A DNA stretch of 54,406 bases, the filler included, from Basidioascus undulatus (lineage: Eukaryota), in the NCBI GenBank assembly GCA_000826855.1. It is 4 parts of 4 records of this genome, joined end to end, with 100 filler letters (N's around TTAATTAATTAA, not from the genome) between each part and the next. Parts side by side here need not be neighbours in the genome. Positions count along the whole stretch, not along the records: positions 13,634 to 27,165 come from JTLS01000807.1; positions 27,266 to 40,793 come from JTLS01000808.1; 2 more parts are not named here. The stretch is one strand, 5' to 3'. Numbering within the stretch: the stretch's first letter is position 1; the number at the start of each line of letters is the position of its first letter. A program made the position numbers and the translations under genes. This document shows, in pieces, positions 26,401-38,216 of this stretch. Below the pieces are notes generated by a model that did no database searches, had not been told where the DNA came from, and saw only the letters and a list, made by a program, of their open reading frames with translations.

Positions 26401-27165
26401 GGCGTGAGAAAATGTAGACGAGAACAATCTCACATTCCTGGTCGCATTCCCGCTAGACATGCTAAACATCCGCGGCAAGGGCGTCCACTGCCCCTGCAAT
26501 CGTCGTTCTCTTCTCGGTCGCGCTGCTTGGTTTGTATCTTTCTTGACAGCCAGGAGAACTTTTCGAACTTTTCGACTCGAGAAATGTTCCTTATTTCTAA
26601 GCCTTGGTTCCACAAAGCACCTCTGTTGGTGAACTGTACACAGTCTTGAGTTTAGCTTTAGCCATTCGATGCCGAACCGGCGACCGTTTCGCCCTTGGTG
26701 GGCATTACCCGAATATTGGTGCCTGATAGAAACGGCATAGGCCGTAATTACTGGTTATAGTACATCTGCGCTGTAGTCACCGAAAATGGCGGTTACAGGA
26801 CCTTTGTGTTTTCGCAGTCTTGCACTCAGGTCCGCCGACGCTGTGACGCTGCTCCTGAGATCATAGCCTAGAGCAAGAATTCAGGCTTCTACTCATGGAA
26901 GCACACATCAGCTTTCTCCAATTCTGTAGCAAAGACAAAACCAAGCTGCAGTCAAAAGCTGCAAGCCAGCAGCAGGCAGCGCTAGCGTCAGCCTTCCGCA
27001 AGCGCACGTAAGCCGATCAAACCAAGGCCCCATCCTTTCCGCTCAACGCAGCGCATCCAGCTCCTCCCACGCTTCCCTCCACCCTTCCTGCATCGGATCC
27101 AACAATCTCGCCCTGACGCCCAAGCCCTCCTCCTGCCCCTCCCCATCCTCCTCCAGCGCATACAC

Positions 27166-27265
27166 NNNNNNNNNNNNNNNNNNNNNNNNNNNNNNNNNNN
27201 NNNNNNNNNTTAATTAATTAANNNNNNNNNNNNNNNNNNNNNNNNNNNNNNNNNNNNNNNNNNNN
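27166..27265. other. Artificial contig spacer
   Basis: N44-TTAATTAATTAA-N44. Confidence 0.98.
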
Positions 27266-27378
27266 ACCGTCCACAGAACATTTTGCCCGCGCCCCCCACC
27301 GTTCTCCCGCCCTCAACAACCCAGAGCACCGTACCAACACCTCTCGTTTTTTGCCTCAACCCCGCCACTACCGAAGCA

Positions 27379-28500
27379 ATGCCGGGCCCCTCCCTTCCGG
27401 CGGAGATCTGGTCGCACATCTTCGAGCTCGCCACGGAGCACGGAGCATTCTACATCACCACCGACAGATACGAGGACGTGGGCGCGGATATTGCGCTGGT
27501 CTGCTGTTCTTGAATTTGGGTACGGATGCCGCTTCTGTCACTGGGTTGTCGTGTCAGAAAGCACGATTGGGACTGTTCTGCTGCAGCGCATGGTGGTCCC
27601 GTTGCGCTACCGCAAGATCCTCGTATCCGAGTTGCCTTCGACCGAGCCGATGTTCGCCTTCTTCCAGCGCCTTTATGCCGTCGTTACGCAGAAGAGCTTA
27701 TCGTCGAAGAGCTTGCATCGCACTGGCCGGCCTCGATGCGCACTGTGGACGAGACCGACCTTTCCCGCTTGCTGCCTCTCCCGTCCAATGTCTCGAGCAT
27801 AGTCAGCGTCAACGCTCCCCTTGGGCCTCCGTTTCGCGAGTAAATTTCCAGTATATGCGGGCTTCGCTCAGTTCAGCGGCGATGTCACTCTGCGAGATGC
27901 CGCCGGACTGAACGCCGTGGGCGCATTCAGGGAGCTTCGCAAGCTAAAAAGCTTGCTGATCATCTCCTCTACCTCTACTTGGGGATTCCTTCCAGCCATT
28001 CATTCTACCGCATCTGCGTGAAATTGACTTCTTCCTTCCGGAAAGCTGTGACGCCGACGCGCTCGCAGCTCTGGGGCAATCCCGCTTCCCTTGCCTGACG
28101 AAGCTTACACTTTTCGAGACAGCATTTCTTTTCGCGCCATGGCTGGTCCTTGACAGAGCTGAGGCTCGTTGCCTCACTCGGACACGAACCTCTCATCATC
28201 AGGCTTTGCCGCGGATTGACGTCCTTGTCCTCAACGTCTCCTATGAGTCTTCCTCCGGCATCATGGTCCAAGCACTTGACGCGCTGCCCATATTCCTACT
28301 GGAGGTAACGCTTGCGGAGTGGTAAAACACAACCGAGCTTGATCAGACGGCCATGCTGCAGTCCCTGTCCCTCGCCATTCTACCGTCGTTGCGCATGCTC
28401 AAGATTGCTCATCGTCGGAATGGTCCTCCCCTTCCCGACATTATTTCAGCTCTTGAGGTCTTCAAATACAGGGGGGTTGATGTGACTTATACTGACAAGC
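27379..28500 (+). pseudogene. F-box/LRR pseudogene, copy 1
   Basis: MPGPSLPAEIWSHIFELA F-box and IALVCCS* (TGA 27511-27513). Several frameshifts lie between LNAVGAF, FILPHLREIDF and LDQTAMLQSLSLAILPSLRMLKI. Confidence 0.75.
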
Positions 28501-29432
28501 TCGGTGGACTTCCATGTATAAAGCGTGACTGGCCGTCCCCTGCGCTCGTCAAAACCTCTCACCCGCTCATACCCATGTGCGGTCAAAAGGCCGCACATGC
28601 CACATCATGGTTATTTTTTTTGACAATGTGTGTGAGACTGAGTGGAATAAAAGGAGCAGCAGACGGAATACAGTCGGTTCAACGGTCAGTGCACAGCACG
28701 CACTTAGCGCACTTTTCTCATGTCCTCACGCGCCTGCACGTTTTCGGTAAATCTTGGGTCAGGTCCACCAAGACGTACTGATCATTATGGGCAAGATGCC
28801 CATGATACTGCCCGTTACAAGGAAGCGTTGTCAAAATGGCCAACGCGCACTGGCGGTGCTTGGTGACCGTTGCGAAACAAGCCAACGAGAAACCTCAGTC
28901 AGAAGGAGACATATCCAGTCAATTAGCTCTGTAAATGTGACGAAGGACAGGGTGCTATCGGTTCTGGTTGGGGTGCTTCCTGAAAGTCCTTGCAGCTCTT
29001 GGCTTCGGGGTGATTTGCAGCATAACAGAGTCTCCCTATAGATGCCATAAGAACCTGCATTTGAATTTTTCCTGGATCTCGTACCTTCCTTGCCTTGCGA
29101 CGACGTCTCAAGCTTTTCGGAGCAAGAGTAGCACGGCTACTTCTGAGAAGGTGAGACGTTGGTACGGCACTGGGCAGTGGGCAGCGGCATCGGATTTTTA
29201 TTATATCCTTATGCAAACATAACACATTCGAGTGTTAAAGTGCGTTCGTTTCCTTTGCACTGCGACTCTGGCACTTTGAAGCGATGCATCGTTGTCGGTC
29301 CCCTGCTCAGCCGTCCATCGAAGTTCTTCCGCTCGCGACCGCTTCTTCCCGCCACCGAGCTATCGAGAGCACCACATCCTCAATCGAGCAAACGCCTCCC
29401 GCTTTTGACTCATCGCCACTATCGCCGACGGA

Positions 29433-30322
29433 ATGCCAGCCCCATCCCTTCCTGAAGAGATCTGGTCGGACATCTTCGAGCTTGCTATGAGATACGAAGC
29501 ATTCAGCATCAAGGGCGAAACAACCGCTAAGAAGGACAGCGTATCTGCACAACTTGTGCTTGTATTCAGTTCTGGAACGTGAGTACTGAGAGTCCTTGCG
29601 GGAACGAGGTGTGTGATTGGACGGAATTGAGAGAACTGATTCAGGCTCTTGGGTTGCTGAAGCGTTTGGCCACTTCGCTCACGGAGCTATGCGGCGACTT
29701 TGCCCTGCCGGAGGTCGCCCGTTTGAACGCGGTGGGCGCCTACGTAGCGCTTCACAGACTTATGATCATATTTTCCAAATCGTCTGCATATAATTTGTCT
29801 TTCAGGCCGTTCACCCTGCCGCATCTGTGCCATCTTGACCTGTACCTTCGCGAGAGTTGCAGCGCCGACATACTTGCAACCCTGGCCAAATGCTATTTCC
29901 CTCGCCTCACAAAGCTCAAGGTCCAGGAGTATTCATCCACTCGAGGTCCCTGCATATTTTCTTTTCTCGACATGGTGCCGACCTGGAAGAGCTGAAACTC
30001 CATGTGCCGGGCGAGCACTTGCCGCTAGTCATCAAGCTGTCTCGTCATGACGTCCCTGGTCTTCTACGTCTGCGATGAATCTTCCTCTGAATACATGCAG
30101 GATATATTCTATGCACTCCCAAGCTCTCTCCGCGAGATAACGCTCCTCGGCTGGGGCAGCACACCTACCCTGGACCAGTCAGCCATCCTGCGCTCGCTTT
30201 CCTGCGCTGCGCTTCCCTCACTTCGCACACTCCGCATCGATAAACGCAGGAATTGTGATGCACCGGCAGAATGTGCTCTTAACGAGCTCGGGAGGAGGGG
30301 AGCAACGGTGGATGAGGTCTAG
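29433..30322 (+). pseudogene. F-box/LRR pseudogene, copy 2 (paralog of copy 1)
   Basis: MPAPSLPEEIWSDIFELA, LNAVGAY, FTLPHLCHLDL and LDQSAILRSLSCAALPSLRTLRI are collinear with copy 1. Frameshifted; the leader DNA is also homologous. Confidence 0.75.
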
Positions 30323-32226
30323 AAGGCCCAATTTGACTGGTAAATTGTCGCGCACCGCTGCTTGTTCCTCTCATATGTAACGTGATACCCATGAATGCCT
30401 TCATTGGACTGCACATATCTGCTCTTGCCTCATGCAAAATGTGACGCTTCTGAGCTTCGTTCAGCTGCGTGTGCCAGCGTCTGCCCCATGTAGTTGAAAG
30501 CAAAAAAGAAACACCCGTCGATTTGAGCTTCAGCAGGCCACTTGGTACAGGAGACTAAGCTTCTCACAGACAAGCAGGGTACCGTTCAAGGAATGACGAG
30601 CTTAGCTGAAAGGGAGAGAAAATCCACCCTGCTTAGCAACGCAATCTGCCTGTCGCAATCCTCCATTTGTGCAGACTGGGTTGAGATACTACCGCCAATC
30701 ACACCAAGCAGAAAACTTAATCGTAGACTGCTGTGAGGGGAACTTCATGGAAGTCCGGAGTCGTGCACAACAGTTCTCGGCAGCACGGATGTGATGTCGC
30801 ATAGCAACAGTGGCTCAGCTCCTACATTCGCTTAACCGCCGAGAGATTTGACCAGCTCACAGCACGCTGCCGTACTTCCCGTTTCCTTGCGACGGAACTG
30901 CAAGCACACCGGCTGCAGGCACCTGGACTTCAAGGCTCCAGACAGCGCTCGTCGTAAGCGCCGGTGGCTCGGAGCGCGCTGGCAGGGTCGATGCATGGTC
31001 TCTTCGGGCTCAGAGCAAGCAAGACTAATAAACATACCAGGCATGTGAGCACTGTGATGGGCACGCTGGTGTGCTGCAGTGGGCTTCACAGCGAAATGAA
31101 AGAGAGGGAACGATCAGCCGACTCGAGGTGGCCCGGTGTGCTTAGTACAACTTTCAGGGGAATTCTTCACAATCCGTCCATTCACTGAATAACCTTGAAA
31201 GCCACAGCATATCACCTGCATGTGCAGGAAAGAACACAAAGCCAGCATCATCAATTGCAGCGTCTGCCAGGAGCTGGAGGAGGAGGATGAGCCGTTGCCG
31301 CTCTCTCCGCCCAACCTGTCCACTCGTCTAACCCCGCACTCGGGCCCACAAATAGCCGGCGGGTGCGGGGCTCCCCCAATTAGACCGTCGGGGCTGGAGC
31401 AGTTGATGAAAGATGAAACGGAATGATGACGGAAAGCGCCTTTCCTGTTTGGCGCGCTCCCTCGCTCTCGAAGCTATCGGCGCAAAGGGACTCGAGGTGG
31501 CTTCGACAACGTCGGCTCCATCGCCCCGGTGAGGTCCGATGAGGGTCAGGTAGAGGGCTTCAATTAAAGAGAGAAGGATTGTGTGGTTGTTGGGAAGTGT
31601 GAGGTCCAAGAAGACTCGTCAATTTTCCCCTTATTAACGTGTCGAGTGCAGATTTCTAGAAGATCTGCGCGGCTATCGCGATTCCCATCCGATAGTGTAC
31701 GGCTTCCCGCATGCTGTCACACAGCAGCTGTCACTAGTGGAAATACTAGCCTCATTAATAAAAAGCCTATAAAGTTGAAACAAGTCATAGACTAGTGGCT
31801 GTGTTTGCACGATAGTGACGTAACGGGGTGGGGTGCGGCGTGCGTGCCGTTCGGTGTCTTCCCTCCTCGCTCAGAATCAGTCCGCCCATCGCAAGCCCAT
31901 CTCCGGCCAAACGACGCACTGACAGCAGCAATCTCCCTGGTCCAAACCACCACCACCACCCCCGCCGACGCCGCCGCAGACCCCGGCCTCGCCTTTGAGC
32001 CCCACGCCGCCGCTGTTTCAGATCGCAGCGCCGACGCCACCGCCCCGAGGTGCGTTGCGGACCTGAGCTTCTTGGGCCACTTCAAAACACTTGCTTGATC
32101 GCCACCGGTGCTCTCTCCCCTGCCCCTCTCCCTGTTTCCGAACCCGTCCAGCCTCTTCCTCTCCCTTATCCTCACCATCCCAACAACCCCCCTCCCCACT
32201 CTCCCCCACTCCCACGACCGCCCACG

Positions 32227-33072
32227 ATGTCCGATGCAGGCTCCGTCACCGGCGTGCGCATGGAGCGCCGCCCGTCCTGGCACGAGAATGTCCTCTCGCG
32301 CCGGCCCTCGCTCAACGCCCGCCCCTCGCTCGCAATGACCACCTCCGACATCTCCACCCCCGGCTCAAACGCCGACTCCGGCCCGCCCTCCCCCACTGAC
32401 GTCGAGCTCCTCACCATCGAGGGTGGGTCTTTCTTTCTGCACCCTCCGGTCTTCCTACCCTCCTTCTTTTGGCGGAGTGTGCGGCAGGAGAGGGAGACAC
32501 ACACCGCCCACGACCCGGACCCTGATCTGTGAGGGGTGGTCCAGAGGTGTTCACGTCCTGGCATGTGCGCGAGATCCACGGGGCCGCATTCGCATCCACA
32601 GGTGCGTCCCCCTTTCCCTTCCCTCACTTCCCTCCCTTACTCTTCCCTTCCTCTCTCCTCCTTCCTCCTTCCTCCTTCCTTCTTCCTCCGTGCCTCCGTG
32701 CCTCCATATCTTTGACCCCTCTTGCTCTCGTGTCCGCAGTGGAGGAGATCGAGCCCGACGTGCCCTCGCACGCAGATGCGCACACGAAGCGCGAGGCGAT
32801 CCGGATCAAGTCGCAGAAGTACCGCGAGCGCGCGCTTGACCGTCTGAAGGAAAAGGCGCGCGAGCGCGGCGGGAACGGCGTTATCGGCGTCAAGGTCGAG
32901 TACTCCCCCTCAGCCGTCGTCGGCGACCAACGCTACTTTGAGTGGGTCGCATCGGGCACGGTCGTCAGCCTCCAACGCCGTCCGGTGCGTCTCCCCTTCC
33001 CCCTTCTCTCTCTTTCGCCCGACTCAGCCCCGTCCCATTACACAGCAATTCTCCCGCCTCGACAGCCGATAA
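32227..33072 (+). CDS. YbjQ/UPF0145-like (putative heavy-metal-binding) domain protein
   Basis: Four exons (introns 32423-32544, 32602-32739, 32985-33045). Motif RERALDRLKEKARERGGNGVIGVKVEY...ASGTVVSL. Confidence 0.72.
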
Positions 33073-33506
33073 TCGCCGACCCCTTCCCATTCCCTCTCTT
33101 CCTCCCCTCCGCTCCTCACGCGTCCGGGCGCTAGTCGCACCATCACGCAGCCAATGTATAGAAAGAACCAGATCCAGGAGTAACACACGAGTCGTCGAAA
33201 GCAATATCCCCCTCCCCCTTCTCTCCTCTACTTCTCATCGCATATCGCATCCTCATCGTTCCCCTCCCCTTCCTCGTATCCTGTTTCGCATCACTACCCC
33301 ACTCTACCCGTATTATTACGCAGTAAAGAAGAAAGAAGACGCAGAAACGATACCATGTTTGGGCGCTGGCCCGGGATGTGTGCGACTATGCAGTCCGTGG
33401 GATGGGAGGGGAGGACGGTCGATTTCCCCCGTTCTGGGACGACTCGGCAAAAGTACCGGGCAAGTAGAATGCCTGGGTCGCAGACAGCCAGTGTCGCGCG
33501 GTAGTG

Positions 33507-33858
33507 TGTTACGTCGGGGGTAGGTCGACCTCCCTACCACCCCTTACTTTCCCTGCCTACCTAACCCCGGTAGGGGGGGTAGGACCTCTATTGCCTCTTG
33601 GGGCTGATCCTCTGTCGCAGTCGCCCCTTTGCACCATCTTCCTATACTGCAGAAATAATTAAGAATCTATCATGCAGTTATGGTATATGTTGGGTGGTCA
33701 AATGATGCAGAAAGAACGGAAGACATATCAAACAGACAAAAAAATAAGAATTCCGAAGGACAGTTTTTGTCAGCCTCTTGACAAACTGTCGAGTTCGTGC
33801 CCCACGAGCCTCCGCTGGGCGCGGCTGGACCTACCAGGACCTACCCCCTACATCAACA
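33507..33858. mobile_element. Decayed MITE-like element
   Basis: Exact inverted 11-mer GGGGGTAGGTC (33516-33526) / GACCTACCCCC (33838-33848) inside an imperfect repeat of about 20 bp. GGTAGG/CCTACC motifs cluster near both ends; the interior is AT-rich; no TSD seen. Confidence 0.4.
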
Positions 33859-34131
33859 TCCAAACACTCCAAGCGATCTTCCAACCGGCCTCAGACCCAA
33901 GGAAGGGCCTGCATTCTCTTCCCAAAGCGGGAGCATGAAGTGTGTGTCTGCCCTGCGCGCCACACCCCTTCCCCCTCCTTCCTCAACCAATGCCCGAGTC
34001 GCAACTGCCAGCGCACAAGCTTCACCTCATCCACCAGGCCTCTCAGTTCAATGCGCTGTGATGTTTGAGTTTTGTTGATTCTTTGCTGGGATCCGATCTG
34101 GCGGATGAAGATGCTGAAATAATACCGCAAA

Positions 34132-34209
34132 GCTTGGCTGGGGTAATGGCAACCTGGGTCGTTGCCATCTGATTTCGACCCGCCCCGTGTTCGATTCACG
34201 GGTCAAGCA
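34132..34209 (+). tRNA. tRNA-Gly(GCC) with 7-nt intron, copy 1
   Basis: Acceptor GCTTGGC/GTCAAGC, D-arm GGGT/ACCT, anticodon stem GGTCG/CGACC, loop TT-GCC-A[TCTGATT]T, T-arm CCGTG-TTCGATT-CACGG. A T7 run lies about 25 nt downstream. Confidence 0.88.
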
Positions 34210-34462
34210 GCTTTCTTCCCTCTCCAAAGAGACCTTTTTTTAGTGCAGGGGTCAGCGAGGGGCCGCTTGCGGTCTTTCCAGTGAACCATGGAGGCATGGG
34301 GGAGGTACCGTCGGTGGCAGTCTGGTGAACTTCTGCCTTTGCCACAAGACCTCAACGTTACAAATTTGGCCGATAATGATATAAGGCCCCGAGCACGGCG
34401 TCAAGCTCGACATTTATATCGAATCTGACTTCTCGGAATGTATCAAGTCCTCAGCCATCTCA

Positions 34463-35052
34463 TTGCTCTTCGCAGTCTGGCAATCAGCATGCGCGATGAC
34501 GCGACCCTCGGTTATACAGCCTGTCGAACTGCCGTGTTTGCGCGACCTAACTATTAACACTGCCGACGTTACTGATGCTTACAAGCTCCACCACCTGGTT
34601 TCTTTTCTGGCTCATTGCCCAATACCTTGTTTGGAAGCGCTCTGCCTCGACATCCCCGAGTCGCCGGCGCGCCCCATCGAGCTTTTCTGCATTTGTCACG
34701 GGTGCGCCACCTTGGCGGGCTCTCTATCGACGACGAGAGCACCATTTCGGGCATAGTGTTCCTCTGTCCCCGTCTGGAAAGCCTCAGATTTGTGCTACAG
34801 ACAGATGTCTTCGAATCGACTGTGGCGGCTTGTCCCAATTCGCTCGTTCACCTCGAACTCCCTTTCGACGAGTGGGAGGTCAGCATCAGGGCAGCGCTTG
34901 AAAGTTTCATCCACGGCTCCTTCCCTTCGATGAAGGGCATCGTGCTTGGCCCTTATGGAGGGGAGTGGAACGACGAGTCCGTGCGCGTGGTGGACAATCT
35001 CGCGAAGCGCCTCTCCATGCGAGGAATAGCGTTGACATATGATGAGCAATAA
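34463..35052 (+). pseudogene. Frameshifted LRR-like relic, probably related to the F-box/LRR family above
   Basis: VELPCLRDLTIN...CPIPCLEALCLD, then a frameshift to LCPRLESLRF...SLVHLEL...LSMRGIALTYD*, similar to the C-termini of copies 1 and 2 (YRGVDVTY, RRGATVDE). Confidence 0.55.
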
Positions 35053-35472
35053 CTGTACCTGCCTATCCAGTGTTTTGATGATATGGGGTTTTGTTTGAAG
35101 ATTGTGCATGCTGAACTCTTGCATGCATGCTGGGAGCTCCTCAGGGGCGTATGCTGAACTCCTGAACAACACAACAGATACAGGATGCCCGGTCCAACAT
35201 CGCACAGCTGCCGCAGGTTCAGATCTGAGACCTCAGTCCATTTACATTGCAAACGCCCTTGCACACTCTGTAAACGCTCCCTGGGACCTTTGAGTACTCC
35301 AGGCGACAAGCGTGAAAGACAGGACCTTGACCCCTCGCGCATTCCGAGGCCCCCATCACTCGCACCCAACCGTTCCTCAATTTCAGAAAACCTGGCAATA
35401 AAGTTAGGTTTTCGTTCTTTGTTCGATGACGGTCCGGTCTAGGACTGCAAGAGGCAGAGAGAGTGCTATATA

Positions 35473-35550
35473 GCTTGGCTGGGGTAGTGGTAACCTGGGT
35501 CGTTGCCATTCGATCTCGACCCGCCCCGTGTTCGATTCACGGGTCAAGCA
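35473..35550 (+). tRNA. tRNA-Gly(GCC) with 7-nt intron, copy 2
   Basis: Same cloverleaf as copy 1, D-loop AGTGGTA, intron TTCGATC, and a TTTTT Pol III terminator one base downstream. Confidence 0.92.
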
Positions 35551-35814
35551 CTTTTTGCCGCTCTGAATCTAACAGTTTTTTGCAGCACTGGATAAGGGCG
35601 ACGGTCCAGTGCAGGATAGCCACGGAAAGGCAAGCGAGCGTTCGGGAAGTCGTCGTTCAACTTCGTCCTCAGGTGCCTCGCATATCGCAGTGCATCGCAC
35701 TCCCAGTCTCACAATCCGAATTGCAGCTCTTTCTCCCCTTTCGCTATATAACCCCACCCACCTTTGCTCGATTCACCCCATCCAGTCAACCATCATCCCC
35801 CATCGTTTGGCACC

Positions 35815-38215
35815 ATGAAGCCCTCTTCATCGTCACTGCTCACGAGCAGGAAAGAATGGGTGGTCATCGTCCTGGCGGTGCGTCTGTTCACTCTTGTTCT
35901 GCTTCCACAATTCATGTGCTGAACAGACTCCGCCGGGCACTTGCTAGCGAGACAGGCCATCGAGGAACTCGACGCCGGCCCCATTTGGGCGTTCGCGACG
36001 TTCGAGGTGCCGCAGGACATCACCAAGTCCGAGCTCTACCGCGGCCCCCTCAGCAACGCGGCCGTCTCTGGCGTGCTCGCCGCGCTCGATCGCGTCAAGA
36101 CTGCCGCTATTGCCGCAGGACAGGTCCGTCGTTGACTCCAACGCTCCCACTGACGTTCCATGCCTGACGCATTGCTGTTCCTGACAGCCTATCGGCCCGT
36201 CGCTTCTCCCTCCTCTCGAGTCCACCCTCTCCACCACCACCCAACGTCCTTTCCTTACCGATACGACCCACACCCGGCCGCTCCTAGCCGCTTTGTCCCG
36301 CTCCCTCTCGCCCCTCACCCATACCGCTTCGCACCTAGCACGTCTCCTCCGCTCCGCCGACTCTCAGCCCGGCGTCCTCTCGCGTCTCCTCACGCCCGCC
36401 TCCAAGTCCATGAGCCTCTTCCTCTACGGCGGGATCGTCGAGCAGCGGCCTCTCCCGCCCGATCTCGTCTGCCCTGGCAAGATTGTCGCGCAGCGCAACG
36501 GCGCCGTGTTTTTGAGCACGAGCGACGGCCTATGCGTGTGGATCACGCACGTCCGGCAGCCGCGGGCCAAGGCGGACAAGATCAAGCTGCTCCACCCGAA
36601 GCTGCCCGCGGTAATGGCGCTCAAGATCCTTGAGTGGGCTAAGGAGCTCGGGCTCGAGGAGGTTTGCAGCAAAGGAGCGGAAGCTTGAAAGATGGGAGAA
36701 GCGGATGGCACGCTCCAGGAGGTGTGGGTCGAGGAGAAGGTCGCGACGTTCGCGTACGTCTACTTCGAGTTCTAGTGAGTCTCAGTTTTTCTTGTTTTTA
36801 TACTTCCCTGATCTTCACCCTGCTGAATGCGACCATCATTCAGCAAGGGCGCGTGCGACACGCAGCAGTGCGTGCGTCTTCGTCGCGCGATCGAGTACGC
36901 AACCCGCGTCCGCTCGCCGGCCCAAGAGGTGGAGATCGGGAAGCTCCGGGCTGTCGTCCTCATGGTACTCTCTCAATTGATCTCTCTAACCGGTGAAAAT
37001 TTTGCAGCTTACGAGTTTCTCTTACCAGGGCGGCAAGGGCTACTTCTCGAACGGCATTCACGTCGGCGTCATCGCAGGCTCGACGGACCCCGCGCTCGAA
37101 TCCTGGCACAATATCAACGCAACCGATGATGTGCGTGTTTCCACTCCTATTAATCCCGATGCTTTCGTCTCACGCTGTCTCGCGCCTTCCTACTGCTGCA
37201 GGTCGTAGAATTCATCATCTCCTTCCCGAACGCGATTCCCGCCCTTCTCGCCTCCTACCCTGGCTCGCCCTCGCCTCCGCATCCTCGCTTCGACAGTCTC
37301 TCGCCGCCCGCGGCGTCCTCACCGTGGCAGCGATCCGCGGCAACTGCGCTGCTGAGGGTTTGGCCATCGCAACAGCAGCGGACGTGGTGCTGTGCGCGGA
37401 GGGGGCGGTACTGAACCCGAGCTACCGCGCAATGGGGTCTTACGGATCTGTGAGTGCAGAGAATTTATTCTTCTTCTATTTGAAGAGGACAGCCGAAGCG
37501 GATTGTTTCTGTAGGAATACCACCGCTTCAGCTTGTTTGAGCGGTGCGGGCCTGCCACGGAGAAGCACATTCGGGGGATGCTGCCGATGGGAGCCGAGGT
37601 GGGTGTCTTCGATTTATTTATTTCTTAACACGCAGACACACAGCTGACTGGGCTCGATGTTCTACCAGGCCGCTAGGCAGGCTGGCAATGTCGATCACCT
37701 GCTCTCCGACACCACCCCGCCCAGACCGAGTCTTCAGCCAAGTCCTACATCCGCGCCCTCGTCAGCGCGTCCTACGCTTCGAAGTTGCCTTCGCCGCCGC
37801 GCCCTGTTGTCGCCGTACCGCTTCTTCCCATCCCGACCCTGCCAGCTCCCTCATATCCGTCTTTCTCCGCCAAGCTCTCCTATCTGGCCTCCCTCCGCCG
37901 ACCACTGCGCTCGTACCGCGCCTCGGAGCTCCACCAGATGCTCCTCGACTTCTACCACCCTGTGCGCTCGACGCGGTACCATTCGCGCCGGGCCGCCTTC
38001 GCCCGCAAGGTGGCTCCGACTGGCACGCCCCTGCGGTTTGCCAAGCCTCGTCGCGCCCACTCGGGCATGCTCGATGAGGAAGAGCGTGATGCGCTCGATC
38101 TTGCGGGAGGAGTGACGGTGGACGAGGTCTGGGGATGTGTCGGCATGCGCGTACCGGACGAGCTGCCGTGGGCGGAGCTGGAGGTGCGCGGGCGGACGAT
38201 CAAGTTCCAAGGAAA
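35815..38215 (+). pseudogene. hoxX: HoxX/HypX-like (formyltransferase plus crotonase-fold) pseudogene
   Basis: QAIEELDAGPIWAF..TKSELYRG, RSADSQPG, EFYKGACDTQQC, GYFSNGIH..DPALESWHNIN, AAIRGNCAA, VLNPSYRAMG.YGSEY and YHSRRAAFARK. Lesions: a frameshift after ATG AAG, a large N-terminal deletion, in-frame TGA 36686-36688, and frameshifts near 37.25 and 37.75 kb. TATATAA at 35745-35751. Confidence 0.82.
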
Positions 38216-38216
38216 G

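Noticed and set aside
22930..30322. One continuous F-box/LRR pseudogene island
   Set aside because: It spans an artificial spacer between size-sorted contigs, so the adjacency is not real.
36686..36688. In-frame TGA (also 27511-27513) as selenocysteine or readthrough recoding
   Set aside because: The same genes carry frameshifts and deletions, so TGG to TGA decay is simpler. An intron removing the stop would be only 30 nt.
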